NCBI RefSeq assembly: GCF_009914755.1
Contig: NC_060927.1
Reading direction: 5' to 3' (one strand)
DNA: 64,000 nt
From: the human T2T-CHM13v2.0 reference genome, Homo sapiens
A program made the position numbers and the translations under genes. Below, piece by piece: positions 12,599-29,164 of this stretch; the first letter of the stretch is position 1; the number at the start of each line of letters is the position of its first letter. The notes beneath the pieces were generated by a model, which worked only from the letters and a program-made list of their open reading frames with translations, was not told the DNA's origin and did no database searches.

Positions 12599-14924
12599 GT
12601 TTTAAATTATCTTCAACAATACCATGATGAATAACATCTTGTCTGGAAACCTAGTTAAAATGCTGCTTCAGATATAGGCATATTTTAGTAATTACTTAAT
12701 ATAATACATTGAAATTGATTCCTAAGTCTCGTTTGTTTTCTGTTCTTCTCAATGTACTTTTACAAATGATCTTCTCCCTTTTCTCTTCCTTCTGTCTCCT
12801 CTTCCTCCTCCATTACTCCCTTTCAGCAACTAAATAGTATATTTAGTTATCTTATGTGTAATATGGGTGGTACATTCTGTAGTACTAATTAAACTTTACC
12901 ATTGACACTATTTGTTTAGGTTATCTGGCTTTAATGACATTAAACTAAAGGAATGACAAATTTACTGCATATATACTGCCACTTCCTGTGTCATGCTCCA
13001 TGTCCATTAATCATAGCACTCTTTATCATTGTACTCAGACCTTGCCTCAGAATCCTTCTCCACCCAACATTCTTGAAAGCCCTTATTAATTGATCAGAAG
13101 TACACAAGAGAGGATTTTCCATTCTTATCCTATGATATAGCTATGATGGATCAAAAGATACAAATAAGTTCATTTAACTTATAGGGATGAATTTTTCTTT
13201 TCTGGAAAGATAAATTCCATAATTTAACCGGGACAACTATCAACAGCAAGAAACACAACTTATGACCACTCTGTAATGCCAAAGAGTTCAAAATCTTAGA
13301 ACCCTTCATTTTAACATTTAGTATGTTTTTATGGTCTTTCCTGACAAAATTGATCTGCTGAAAGGAGAAAATCTCTGTCCAATCTACCTAGAAACAAAAT
13401 ATATATAATTTACTTTTTCACCTATGTCTTTCTCACCAGTACTAATTTACCATCCCGTGATATAAGAAAATAAGCACCTGGGCTGCTTTCCTGTCCCCTT
13501 CTTTTAACTCAGACATTAGGTTTGTTTACTTGTTACAGTATTGGTGTCTTTCCTGTGCAAACAGTTTTCTCATTTTTTTAATCTCTCCCTTTCCACACCT
13601 GCCACCCATGTTAACTTCCTTCCATTCAAGAACCACTGCACTTCATTTACCAAAGAATGTATAATTGAGCAAGTTTCCTGTTCAAGACAGCTGACGACTT
13701 ATACATTACCTCCAGTCTTAAATGAGGGAGGCGAGGTAGTCCTTACCTATAGGTAAACTGGCTGTGGAATCCATGAAGAACCACAGAGTGTTTTTATGGT
13801 TATCAGGGCACTAGAAAGGCTAATATGAAATAGTGGTTTGTCTCTCCTCTGACCCCACAAGAATATATTTTTCACTGACATGCTTTTGTACAAACATAAG
13901 ATGTTGCTGTTGTTTGATGATGGTGATGTCATCAGCAACTGTTCTCTTCTAGTCTCCAGCCTTACTTTCCAACCATTTTTTTGGCCCCTCTTCACATTAT
14001 TGTTGTTCCTATTATTATTATTTTTTGTACTTTGTCTTCTCTATTCTTCATGTTTTTTGTCCCTCTCTAATTTCAGTATTAAAATGAATGAGAGTAGGAA
14101 GATTGGGAGACATGAAGAAAGCAATAAAGCAACTGCTATTTTAATTAGAGAAAAACATGTAAATGCATGCACATAATTCAGTGTATGCAAACGATAACAG
14201 AATGAATTTAACAGTAATAGAGTGATGGCTCCTAAAGGAAGTAATTAGCTATCCTATCGTTGATCTCTCCAGATAACAAATGTACATTGTCTGAAGTTTA
14301 ATCAGAAAAGGAATACATAGGATAAGATTGATTTAATTATGCATAGTGTTTCATTGCTCTGAACCTTAAGTAAGGCAACTCCTTAACTCGGAGTTTCTCA
14401 GTGTTATGCAGAATGACATTAATTGTATTAACTGGATTCAACTCACAGATCCAAGCTTATGCCCCTCGCAATCCTTAGGTATTTGGCTAAAGCAGCACCC
14501 ACCAATGGGAAGAATAAAGATTGTTGACAGTGGGGCCTTTGACTGCAATAACTTTCTCCATCTTAACCTGTTAAAATACTGTAAAATACTGTTTGAGATC
14601 TGGCTCAGGTGCCCACTCCTTCATGGAAATCTCATTGATATCCCATCAGCTGAATTCTCTATTTGCCTTTGCAACCCACAGTACTTCATTTCCTCCCATT
14701 TTGTTGGCATGAATCACTTTCTGTTTCACAGTGGAGAAAGAACTATGGGTCTGGCAGAGTTTAAACAGCATGTAGGCTCTCAGTAAGTCTTTACTGCCTG
14801 AGAAAATGAACCAGAGTACAGATCTTCTTGATAAGGCTTCATGTCCATGAGGATTATCACTTTTTTTGAAAATGAAAATAATGTATACTTCTGGTTATTT
14901 ATACCTCTTATTGAAATTTTAATC

Positions 14925-15118
14925 ATACATATATATGATTCACATATATATAAATGGCTATGTATGTATGTGTGTGTATATTTATATATAAATTCATATT
15001 TTATACATTCATATATTTATATATAGATTTATATATATTTATATATTCATACACACACACATACACAAATCCTAATCCATGCTTTAGAAATTAAGCAAGA
15101 TATTTGAGAATACACACA

Positions 15119-15160
<42 letters not shown>
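14925..15160 (+). repeat. TA-rich low-complexity tract followed by (CA)n, interrupted by a 45-bp unique insert
   Basis: Read directly; pure (CA)20 at 15121-15160. Confidence 0.9.
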
Positions 15161-15161
<1 letters not shown>

Positions 15162-16599
15162 CCCTTTGATTTTTAAACAAATTTTATCTATGTACTCATA
15201 GCATGTACTAAAAAAGTTGATTTTGAAGATAGAAGATTTTTTTCTCTTACATAAAGGTGAGCTGGATGTCTACTATATTCCAGGCACTTGGCTAGTCACT
15301 CTATAGTTTTTAATGACATTCTGTTTAATCTTGAGAGCATTATTTTTCTATAAAGAAAAAATGAAAATAAAGATTTCACAAAAGGTATTTCCATGATCAC
15401 AAGTTTTCAGGAGGTGCAAAGTGGATCCCCTCACAGGTCTTTTTTTATCCTGTTAGTTTCAGCTTCAGGAAGAGGTTGTCTCAGTCTGGGCCATTTCTGC
15501 CTAAAGGTTTGCTTTCTTACTCTTAATGGTCAAGTTCAAAGGATTCCATCTCTCTTCTCCTCAGCCCCTGTGCATTCACACATGCACACAAATTATTTTA
15601 TCCATTTGGTTACAAACTGAGATTAGGTTAGTTACTTTCCTAGTAAGCAAATGTCCTTTTCTTCATCTTTTTTATTAAGTCTATCTGATGTAAAGCATCA
15701 GGACTAAGTTAGAGTGTTAAGGATCAAAATGTTGGAACCATTAATTTTTCTAATTTATGTTGTATTAATTAGCGGGATCTATTTTACATAATTGCAGTGA
15801 TTATCTTCTACTGTCAATGAACTATTTCCATCAGATATATCAGGATCATCTGTGATACTGGCTGCCTATTCTGAAAATTGATCAACTTTAGAGCTAGTCA
15901 CATTTTTCTTGTATCTTTTTCCTGCATTGACTATAATATGCTTTTCCATCCATCCACTTCTTGATCTTATTCGTTCCAAAAAAGGAACAGGATCAGTCAG
16001 TTGTAGTACAAGGGAATAACAAATGTTTTACTTTGAGAATCAGGTATGTCAATTTCCTGTGGATTCATTTGACTTCCTGACACTCATGCTATAGAAAAGT
16101 TGGTAATGATCACATTCAGTAGAGTGCGGTGTAAGTTAAACATGGAAAAGTTGAGAACTGTTTGTATGCTTCTCTCTTTCACGTTCCTGTTTAATGTCAA
16201 TGAAATCAAGATTCAAGTGGCAGACGTGGTCCTTTGAAATTTGCAATTTGAAAATCCTAATCCATGCTTTAGAAATTAAGCAAGATATTTGAGAATTTCA
16301 TCTAAAACCATTAATTCCATAATCTCATAGGAGTGATTTACAGGGGAACATTTAAATTAAAATACATTTTAAAATAGATTATTTATGCAAAAGTATCGAA
16401 TCAATTAAATATTGTAGTCACTTAAAAATTTTTCCAATGGATATTTCTAGCTAACGAGAGAGAAAGTAAAGTTGCTGGGCAATTTAGGTACCAAAAACAG
16501 GTGATGAACACCCTCACTCTACTGTCCCCATCCTGGGAAACTATCACTGAATGGATAGGTAATTTTATTTTTGCAAATTGTAGATGCTTGTATAACCAG

Positions 16600-16992
16600 T
16601 GTAATGTTTAATTTTATGTAGCAACTAGGCTAATACATGGTATCAAATGTTTGGTCAAATATTATTTTAGATGTTTCTGTGAAGGCATTTTTAAGATGAG
16701 ATTGAGATATAAATTAGTAGGCTTGGAATAAAGCTGATTACCATCCATAATGTGGGTAAGGCTCATCCAATCCATTGCAAGCTTTAATAGGGAAAGACTG
16801 TCCTTCCCAGAAAAGAAGTAATTCAACCAGCAGACTGCCTTTGGACTCAAGCTGTGTTCTTCCCTGGGTCTTTAGCCTGCTAGCCACCTTGCAGATTTTT
16901 GACTTGCCAAACATTCACAATTGTGTGAGTCAACTCTTTAAAATAAACCAATCTAGCTCTTTTCATACACAAGCACGAACACACACATACAC

Positions 16993-17028
<36 letters not shown>

Positions 17029-17068
17029 CCTATACGTTCTGTTTCTCAGGAGAACCCTGTTTTATACA
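16600..17068 (+). mobile_element. MLT2D-like ERVL solo LTR with internal (CA)n
   Basis: tgtaatgtttaattttatgt...ggtcaaatattattttagatgtttctgtgaagg...gttctgtttctcaggagaaccctg...aca; TG...CA ends. Confidence 0.8.
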
Positions 17069-18804
17069 TACAGATTTATATAACTGAAATAAACCAATGT
17101 AAAATGGTTGCAGTTGTAAAATTCTAGAATAATTTAGTCAGTCCTTAGGGTTTAACTAATAATATGAAAAATTGATATTGAAATTTTTAGAAATTACCAA
17201 TGTTCATTATTATATTTATTTCATTAAAAAATTTCAGATTTTTTTTAATGTGGTAATATTAAGTCTATGAAAGCATAGAATTTGAAATTCTATGTATCTA
17301 ACAAATACTTCAAATATATTACTAAAAATGCTTAATCATTTTCTTCAACTTATTCAGTTTGTGGCATCAAAATGTAATCAACTCCCCAAGCAAAAATTCA
17401 CTTTCCAAATTTCACAAAGTATCATTCTTATCTATAAAAAAAATGGTATTGAAGTTCTCTTTCCTTTCATTATAACTGGAGAAAATATATTAAATTTTAT
17501 ATGCCTGATTTGGGAAATCAGTTTCTGTCTTCAGTAACTGATTGTATGTTATATCTGGGTCTTTTACAAATGAAGTGCCCTTCTATTGCTTAAAAATTGC
17601 TTTCCTGTGCAACATGATGTAGTAATGAATTAAATCCAAATGAGCCTTATATACACAATGTCATAATATGTAACTTGTCCCCTGTGGAACTTTTTTATTA
17701 TCTAATACAAGGCAAGCTAATGTCTTCCTCTCATGGCTCACTTCTCAGAAGGGTATGCAGCTTTCAGTATTAGAAATAAAGAAAGAAAACTATGATTTGA
17801 GATCAAATTACCTTTTTATAAACTATCTAAATCACAGAGAGCACCTTAACATGTCCTGAAATGTGCAAATCTAATTCTCATAGAACAAGAAACAAAAGAA
17901 GCAGTTCCAATTCTATGGAGTACATTTGTATCTGTGAGAATAAAATGAAACTGATCATTTTTCTTTGAACAGAAATGTGTGCAGGTGATTTTACCTTCAA
18001 GAAAAATAAAACAAGTGTGGGTGTTTTCTCTCTATTTCTTTGGTCGGTTTCATCATATTAACTCTATTCTGTAGGGAAAAACTTGTAAGATCAGCTTGTA
18101 CCAATATTGTATTTCAAGCTGCTACATAGATTTAAAAGCTCTAATTTATTAGCCTGATAATTTTTGTAACTTGATGAAACACATCAGATATTCCCTTATT
18201 ATAACTTCCTTAGGCTTATCTGAAAGGTATATTTTAATTAAACTGGATATTTCAAAATATGCCTTGCTATTTCATGTGGGCAAAGAGCAAAGATAGACAA
18301 ATATTTATTCTATTCCATTGGGACAGCCAAGAAAAATTGTGTCAGGTTTTTATAAGCTGTTATTTCTTGTGGTTTTTCTGAAGGTTTTTCTCTTGGGGGT
18401 GGCATGGGCAGATTTTTTTTCTTCATCCTGTTTGTGCCATAGCTAGATCTGAGTCAATTGCTGCTGGGTATAACATGTGGTCCAGATCTAAGCCTTTCCT
18501 CCACTTTCTTATTTTAAGTAGAGAACAAATTCCTATAAGATCTGTTTTCGATTGTTTAATTTTTAAATTATATTTCAATCAAATAATTAAAATCGCATAC
18601 AAACATAAGCAAATTGTCTATGTAGAACAGTGCAAGGGAGTTAGAATCAAGGTCAAAGCTATAAACTGTTATGGGGGAAAGTAGACACCTCAGCTTTCTA
18701 ATTTAATGATTTATGCTGTTCTTAATCAAATTTATATTCCAATTTAAAAGTAACACCTGATAGCCTATCATCGCAAGATGCATTAAAGGTCTCTTTTAAT
18801 GCAA

Positions 18805-19110
18805 GTGTATTTATTCATGTTAACAAATATTTATTGAGGTCCTAGTGAGTGATGGGTACTGAGCTAGGTACTACAGACAAAGCAGTGAATAAAATATGCA
18901 AGATACCTGCATTTATGGTGTTTATGTTCCCATTGGCCACACCTAGACAATAGGAACATACTTGTTTATATAAACAAAATATAATGACACAAAATCACAC
19001 ATTGTAGTAGGAATGAAGGAAGGAAAGAAAGAAGAGAGGGAGGGAAAGAAAGAGGGAAGGAATATAGTTTACAAAGGTATCTAGGTGATTATTTGGGATG
19101 CAGTGGTCAG
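18805..19110 (-). mobile_element. L2 3' end fragment with embedded purine-rich simple repeat (about 19010-19062)
   Basis: ttcatgttaacaaatatttattgaggtcctag...gagctaggtactacagacaaagcagtgaataaaa is typical of the antisense L2 3' end. Confidence 0.55.
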
Positions 19111-21364
19111 TTCAACTTCAAACGAACACTTACTGTGCTCTATGAGGGTGGATCAGCCCCTCTTTGCCTCTTCAGAGATTCTAGCATTACCCAGCAACTA
19201 ACTGGTTGTCAGAGCCTGCCCCACCTCTTAACTTTGCAGAATGCCATAGAACTGTTTCTTTACTAATTTATTTGGTTTTGGTCATCATATTTACAAACAA
19301 TAACAAAACAAACGAACCCACTCGTAAAGAGCAGGTCAGCAGAAAGGGCAGGGGAGGAGCATATGGTGCTACGTTCTCCCCTGTTGCTGAATTTCTATTC
19401 ATTTGTAACATTCCATGTGGAATTTTACTTTTCCAAACAAGCATCACTGCTCCATTCCTACCTCTCTCTTTAAAAATATTGAAAGTACAGTAATTTATTT
19501 AAAGTTCTACTTTTCTTCTCAAAATAGCCTCACTTCTAAGGATTGCCTCATCGCTTTCAGTTATTGTGTTTTGGGGCATTTTTCCCATAAATTTCACATT
19601 ACATACAGAACTCTTATGGTACGAATAATAAGAGAAATGTATTTCTGATTCTTCAGTCCTATTCTAAAAGAAGCAAGTTAAGGATGATACGTTAATCCTG
19701 GATTCTTGATTTCTTCATTTCATTTTAATCAGTTGCAATCATTTAAATTAGTTGAACTTTGCTAATTATATACAATTATGATATGATGACCAGTGGTGTA
19801 TGTTAACTTTTAAAAAATACAGGCCATATTAGTGAGAAAAATTCATTTACAGACATGGAAATTAAACAAAGATGTTAACATCAATTTTCCTAACATCAAT
19901 TTATACTGCAATTTCAGCCCTTCGTATGTATAGGGACAGGGTTTTGGGAAGGCATTCTGCTGTAGCCTTTTCAGTTGCCCTTTTGACAACTTATGGCCAA
20001 AGAGGGAAGAAGTTGGGCCAGAGGATTTGATAACACTCAGTGTGTTCTCAGAATTGACAGAGTGGTACTTCTGTGGTAATCATGAATGCAGAAAAGATAA
20101 TGATTGCTGATAGTAATTTTCATTTCAGGAATAAAATTATTTTTCTGTTTGGGAATCAGAGCAAATTGAATAACAAAGAGTACTGATATTACTACAATAA
20201 CCTATAAGCAGAAAGATAAATTTGGGGATTGCGGAAAATGTCACTTAGAAAATAATTTGCTGATTGGTTCAAGAAAAAATATGTGAAAATAACACAGGAT
20301 GACCAAAAACGTTTAGTAAATCTGGGTAACAATTTGGGGTCAAAGAAACAAGATGAATGACAAGAGAAAGAAAATGAATTAAAGTTGTTTTTATTTTTTC
20401 TGCCTGATGGTTCCAGAGGGTTCCTGGAATAAGTGCACCTGGATTAGAAAGTGATCTAGGATCACAACATTACTCTAGTGTCTAGTTTAGAAAATTCTTA
20501 GAAGAAGGGAAGAAAAAAGGCTACCCTGTAAGCTAATGGGAGAAAGAGTCAACAACAGTGCAGTTGAGAAATGACTATTCAGCTATTCAAATCTGAGAGG
20601 TCACCTCCCATATCCTGTGTGGAGCTATGTCCAGGTGCGGGGAAGAAGATGATTCTTTGCTCTACGGAATATTTATCCAACCTAAGTCTGGGTCTGGAAA
20701 ATGAAGTAATAATGTGGATTGGAATCCAAAAAGAGCTACAACACTTAGCAGAAAATCAAACACACTTCTAGATCTCCCTTGACCTTGGAAAGTTGCCCAG
20801 GACTTTCCAGAATCTGTACTTAAGCTGTACACTCAGTGTTTAATAGAGGTTACACAGAATGTTTTTGGGTATTAATATAACTCTGTCATAGGAGTATTTA
20901 TGTTTAGTGTTTCTGAAATTCTCCAGAGTTCTGGGAAATAGGAATATGCACCTAGAACTATTGCTGAAATACCAACTCAGGAGCTACAATGGTAACCTAG
21001 ATATCAACTTACGATCTTTTTCAGATAGCTACTGACATAATTTTTAGGAAAATAAAAGAAACAAAATTTGAAAAATGGTTTTCATTTGCTCCTGAGTTAG
21101 TTGTACCCTAAAGCAAAGGCTCAGACTTCAGCGGTGGTCTACACATGCCCTTAGCACAGCTCACTTCCTAGGATGTTTAGACTTAGGTTTCACTTGATCC
21201 AATGCTGCTGCCTTCTCTAGTCAGACAGTCAGGAAAGGGAAAATTAGGGTCATTCCACATATATTCATATTCCCTGTAGTGCCAGTACTATATTTTGGTA
21301 CGGGCATTTCATGTTATTGTGAAGACTTGAAATCGGGGGAATTTATATCACAGCAACACAACCA

Positions 21365-21592
21365 ATTTGGAAACAGACTTGAAACTGGTCTGCCTGGGAT
21401 CAAATCCCAACTCCATTACATCCAGCTAATGTAGTGGATGATCTTGAACAACATTCTTAAATTTACAATGACACAGTTTCCTCATTTTTAATATATAGCT
21501 AATAATGGTCCCATCTTTAAATAAATGCATAAATACATAAATAAGGTTTAGATGAGAACCTGACACATAGTAAACAATATTACCTGCTATTT
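21365..21592 (+). mobile_element. MIR
   Basis: ctgcctgggatcaaatcccaactcc...cagtttcctcatttttaa...acctgacacatagtaaac. Confidence 0.65.
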
Positions 21593-22139
21593 ATGATTAC
21601 ATTATTTTTGTTAATAAAAGGTCTTCAGCCATTCTCCATTGGTGATTCCTCATTGACCACCATCCTTAGTAGATGTGCTTCTTGGAGTGTTGCCCAGCCC
21701 ATGTCTCTTCTTGGTGTCTCCCGCCTCCTCTCAACTTTACATTCTTTTCCCCAAATTCTTGTTAATATATTTTTCCTGTCTCTTCCAAGTCATACTATTA
21801 GGGTCTCATGCTCCATATTCCAAGTATTTTCCTGAGTAAAGTTCTCTCTCTAAAAATTTTGATGACAACTAAGATAATACTTTTATATTTGTAAAGTAAA
21901 TTTTTATTCTGCTTTATAAGTAAGTCCAAATACTTTAGGTCCCAACACATATTTAGGGGTAATTCAGCCAGCCTACTGAGTTATACTCCTCTGTCATGAC
22001 ATTAGCTAGATAGTTCCTACCTGGCATTAGGTAGATAAGAAGCAGAAGTCCATTCTTCTTGATTCATACTATAAAGACACATAAACATCCAGATGTTACA
22101 TAGAGATGGCAATTTCCAGTTACAGAATTATTAATAATT

Positions 22140-22700
22140 TAGTTGAATTAAAACATATTGAATGCCTACTCTGTACATGGCATTCTATTACATGTAAAAT
22201 TTAGTAAATACAAAGATGGATAGATCCTTTAGGAACATACGGTCATATGAGAGTTACATAAATGTCTAAATAACTGTAATATAGGCATAATGACATCAGC
22301 GCAAAGATTGTAGGAGAGAAGCATATAAATTCTGATAGGGTAGAGTCTGTTACACTTTCCAGAAAAGATGGGCACTGAAGGCTATGAATGCTTTAGATAC
22401 ATTAATATATAGATATGAGACATGACTTCAGGAAAGGTTGAACAAAGACATGGAGGTAAGAAAGCACAGAAAAGTAAATTAGGGTTGTTGTGAGTGTGCC
22501 TTTTTTGACAAAAGATTAGTTTGTAAAATATCAGCTTTCAGAAGTAGATTAGGATAATTTCATGGAAAGTTTTGGAGAAAAGGTGATGGTTAGAATTTGG
22601 TTCTGAATACCATGAGAAATCAGCAAAAGATTCTGAGTAGGAAAATTATAAGATCAGACAGGGTAACTCTCTAAATGATAGATTAGAGAATAAAAACAAG
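22140..22700 (-). mobile_element. L2 fragment
   Basis: aacatattgaatgcctactctgt followed by a purine-rich L2-like body; approximate limits. Confidence 0.45.
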
Positions 22701-22989
22701 AAGGACGTTGCAGAGCTGGTTACAGGTGTCCCTTTCGTAGTAGCCACTTCATAAATATTCATCAAATGTATGGTCAGTGAGGTATGTGCTGGTAGAGCAT
22801 CTGTGCAGAGGTGCAGACAGAAAGACAGATGCCAAAATGAGAGGCACAGTACACAAAACTGCTTTTAGATTTTAATCAAAATCTCCTGCCCAATTTTGAT
22901 TAAAACTAAAATTCTTAGGTTTTAGAATAACAGCATCTGTGTCAGTTTTTCTTGCTAAGATTCTATCAATGTCTTTGAAAGGTCCCATA

Positions 22990-23460
22990 TTTTACCGAGC
23001 TACCCAGCTAACAAGTTAGCTTGCCATAGTTTCTTGGATAGTTGCAGGAGACATGAGACCCCTGGGTCAAAGATGACAGAGAGTTTATCACAGAAGAGCA
23101 AGCAGCGTAAGAATCATGTTTGCAATACTGTTTTGATCCCCATTTCCAACAAGTGATGAAAAGAGGCTAGTTGGACCCTGAACATGCAGTGGTTTTATAA
23201 CAGGAGAGGAAACTTGTGCTTAAGGATCCCCAATTTTTTTTATGCTGGACAATAAGCATGCCTGCCTATTGCCCTTGAGGGAGATACTATATTCATCTTT
23301 TCAAAATCGTAAACAAACCCAAAGTTTTCTCTGGAGAAAACGCTGTCTCTGTTTTTCAAGGCTGTTTGTTACATACACAGTCTTGGAAAGATAGTCTTGA
23401 AGAAAGGTAGTTTGTGCCTCTGCTCACAGGATGTGCAAAAAAGTGAAAGAGTCTCACAAA
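22990..23460 (-). mobile_element. ERV1-type solo LTR (MER89/MER90-like)
   Basis: ttaccgagc...agttagcttgccatagtttc...gacatgagacccctgggtcaaaga...gaaagatagtc...tgtgcctctgctcacaggatgtgca; subfamily uncertain. Confidence 0.55.
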
Positions 23461-25149
23461 GAATCAAGTGTTACTTTGTCTCAAGTTTGTCAGGTCTTAG
23501 TAATTTCCTTAAATGTATTTAATATCGGCTTCATGCAAGTACCATTTGTTAGGAAGTAGGAGTGGAGGTATCAGAGGAATATAGTACAGTCTGGTTTCAA
23601 AGAGCTGAAAGCCTTAGTGAAGGATAGAGAGGAAAATATACCACCATAGAGGAAGCTGACAGTCATAATTGTACTAATGCAGGTATAGACAAAATGCCCT
23701 CTGGAGAAAGAGAAGAATTCTCATTGGAGGACTATTAAATCACGTGGATGTGGCAGTATTGATTGTTAACACTTGGGTTTAGCATTACAGCAAAAATAAC
23801 TCTAATAAATCAAACCCAACCTGAGAAAAAACCTGAGACCATCTGGCAGGGATAGAGAATACTAATAGATGGAATTAAGATTTCTGCTATAAGGTACCCA
23901 CTTTAGGCTGTGGGGAATGTGTATTATTACGCTAAAGTAACCCTATTATATCTTTTATTGTCCTAAATACATAATTATTTTCTAAATGTATGCTAAACAT
24001 ATAAGTGTTTTACTTTTCTTAGAGTTACTTAGAGCACTGCAAAACTAGCTATTCCTTATGATACTCTGACGAGGCATTACTAATCACCAAGTGGCAATTA
24101 AAAATATTGAGGCAGACTATTAAAACTAAATGGATATTCTAGGATATGCTCTAGAACCTAAACCTTTTAGCCATGGTTCAAATGTCACAGTAATACATTG
24201 GGACTTAGAAAATCTTAGAGTGAAAATTATGCCTGCAATATGAAGATTGAGACATTATTTATTACATAGTGCTTGTTTGTGGAATGGGAGGCTTAGACTC
24301 ATTACAGTATAAAAGCAAGGAGAAAAGTTTCTAAGATGACGTATATTGGCTATAGTAATTCACTTTGGCCAAAGCAAATCACAAAAGAAAACTTTATAGT
24401 TTTGTTTTCTCTTTACGAATTACATTACTGGTTTAACTAATCTGGGTCCTTTCCTAGATATGTATGGTAAACTAAAATAAATATCTGAAACTGAAGCACT
24501 TATAAACTTGTTTTTAAATGAACGATAAAGATGTTAAAATGTCACAGACTAAATGATAAAATATGCCTATCAACCTACTTAACCTGTCATATTTTTTACA
24601 TATTAGACTTATATTTTCAGAAATAAATACATATTTCTTCATAGTTCTTAAAATTACCTCTGACTCCTAGATATATAATTTTTGCTTCTGAGAGTAGAGC
24701 TTGCCTTGTCTGTCATAGGCCCAGCAAACAGTCAAACATAACTTACTTCTTTATTGTGAGCATTGATTTGTTATGCTTGTGATTTTTTTTTCAATCAAAC
24801 TCCATTATTGATGTCACAAAGGTTAGTTACAGTTTCTTGACATGTTGCCATCAAAATCTCTCTGAGGCACATGACAATTAGCATATATATAAACTTAATT
24901 TCTTTTAATAAAAGACACTAATAAAATACTTTCACAAGTCACATGTAAAACTCTGAGTATTTGCAAATAGCAGATAACGTGTATCCTAATAATACTTTCT
25001 TACCCAATTTACAAGTATAATGTTTGTGTAAAAGAGAATGCTATTAAGCAGCAAATGTAAATTTCTTCTATATTTTGATGGGTTAAGAAGCCACTTAGAA
25101 AGTATTTGCTAGGCATATGGGTTGTGAAACTCTCAAGGCCATTAGATGA

Positions 25150-27744
<2,595 letters not shown>

Positions 27745-28549
27745 ACGAATTTCATCATTCTGAATAGCTCAAAATGTTCCTCTAAGTCTCGATAGTAGCA
27801 ATAGATCACAGAACTAAACTGAGTTGCCTGATTGTTGTGTATCAATAATGAGTATGCTAGTGGGGCTTTGGATCATTAAAAAAATAATTAAATAAAGCAT
27901 AAAAATAAATAAAATAAAACTGGCCTTGGGAAAAACTATAAATTATCACTTTGTAATCACCAGATGATGTGCTTTAATGAGAACAGCAGGCAGGAGGCGG
28001 TAAACAAACCATTAAATTGTGAAAAGACCAGTCAGCACATGGTATAGTGGTGCCACACACAAGAGAACAATAACTTATTTGGTTGTCTCTTTTATTCAAT
28101 ACTCTATAATGTCTAAATCAAAGTTTCTAATGCATTTTTAAAAATGCAAGTTATAAAAATCTGCAATAGAGTTCTGGATCAGTAAGCACTGTCAGAATAG
28201 ATTATAGTTCTGCACAATCTCTGCTGTAACAATATCATGATGAATGGAGAATGACACCAGCTGCCCATTTATCTCCTAAGCTTACTGCTTTGATGATATT
28301 GATTATTTCTGGGGCTTCTTAGACTCAAAATTATAGCTGTGGTACTCAGATATCTGTTTTGCAAAGTATGTTGTTAATATGGTCCATTTTTTCCCCTTTG
28401 GCTAAGATATGCTGGTCATCAGGTAGCAAAAAATTAAATTGTTGCCTATTATAACATGTGAGGATTTTCACAATTAAAATATATTAACTTTGTTTCATTT
28501 ACAGATAAATCCAAATTCTTAAATTGCATTTATACGTTTTTTTTTTTCC

Positions 28550-29160
28550 CAGTGGTCATTATTGACCATATGCTTACAGTGTGGTAAATATTGAGGCACA
28601 AGAAATTTTAAAATACCTAAGTTAGATTTACACATTTCAAAAACCTCTGAAACTGTTAGGAAGCAGGGATGAGAAATAATAAATAATAATATTCAGTGAA
28701 ATGATAAAGTTTGAATAAAGTGCCATATAACCAAACAGTATAAAAACATCTAACTAGAAACTAATAAAAAAGCTTTAATGAACAGGGGTGAATTTACAGA
28801 AGGATAATAAAAATTTGAATTAGTTTTGAAGGATTATTCCAGCCAGAGGCAGGAACAAATAATATTCCAGGTATATGGTCTAAAGGTACAGAGTTATTTG
28901 TAGTATTTGGAAATGGCCTTTAGTTCTACATGGCAGGACTATAGGATGTAGAGGCAAGGTTATTTGAGAAAGACAAAGGAGGTGGGAAGAGAGGCAGAGA
29001 CAGAGAGGGAGAGAGAGAGTGAGAAGAGGAGGTAAGGAAAGGAGAAGAGGAAGAGAAAGAAATATAATTATAAGTCGAAGTCAGATTATGAAAAGCCTTA
29101 TATGACATCTAAAGATGTTTTTAGTTTGTTTAACTTGAAGGTTGAGGAGTCACTTAGTAA
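28550..29160 (-). mobile_element. L2 fragment with purine-rich tract
   Basis: cattattgaccatatgcttacagtgtg...gaattagttttgaagga...agtcagattatgaaaagcctt; approximate limits. Confidence 0.4.
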
Positions 29161-29164
29161 GGTG

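Noticed and set aside
13541-14786. Cluster of 70-126 aa ORFs in unique sequence
   Set aside because: No recognisable domain or convincing exon structure; lengths are compatible with chance.
1-25000. Antisense lncRNA (NAALADL2-AS type) exons
   Set aside because: I recall such annotations near this part of the gene, but no exon or start site can be placed from sequence alone.
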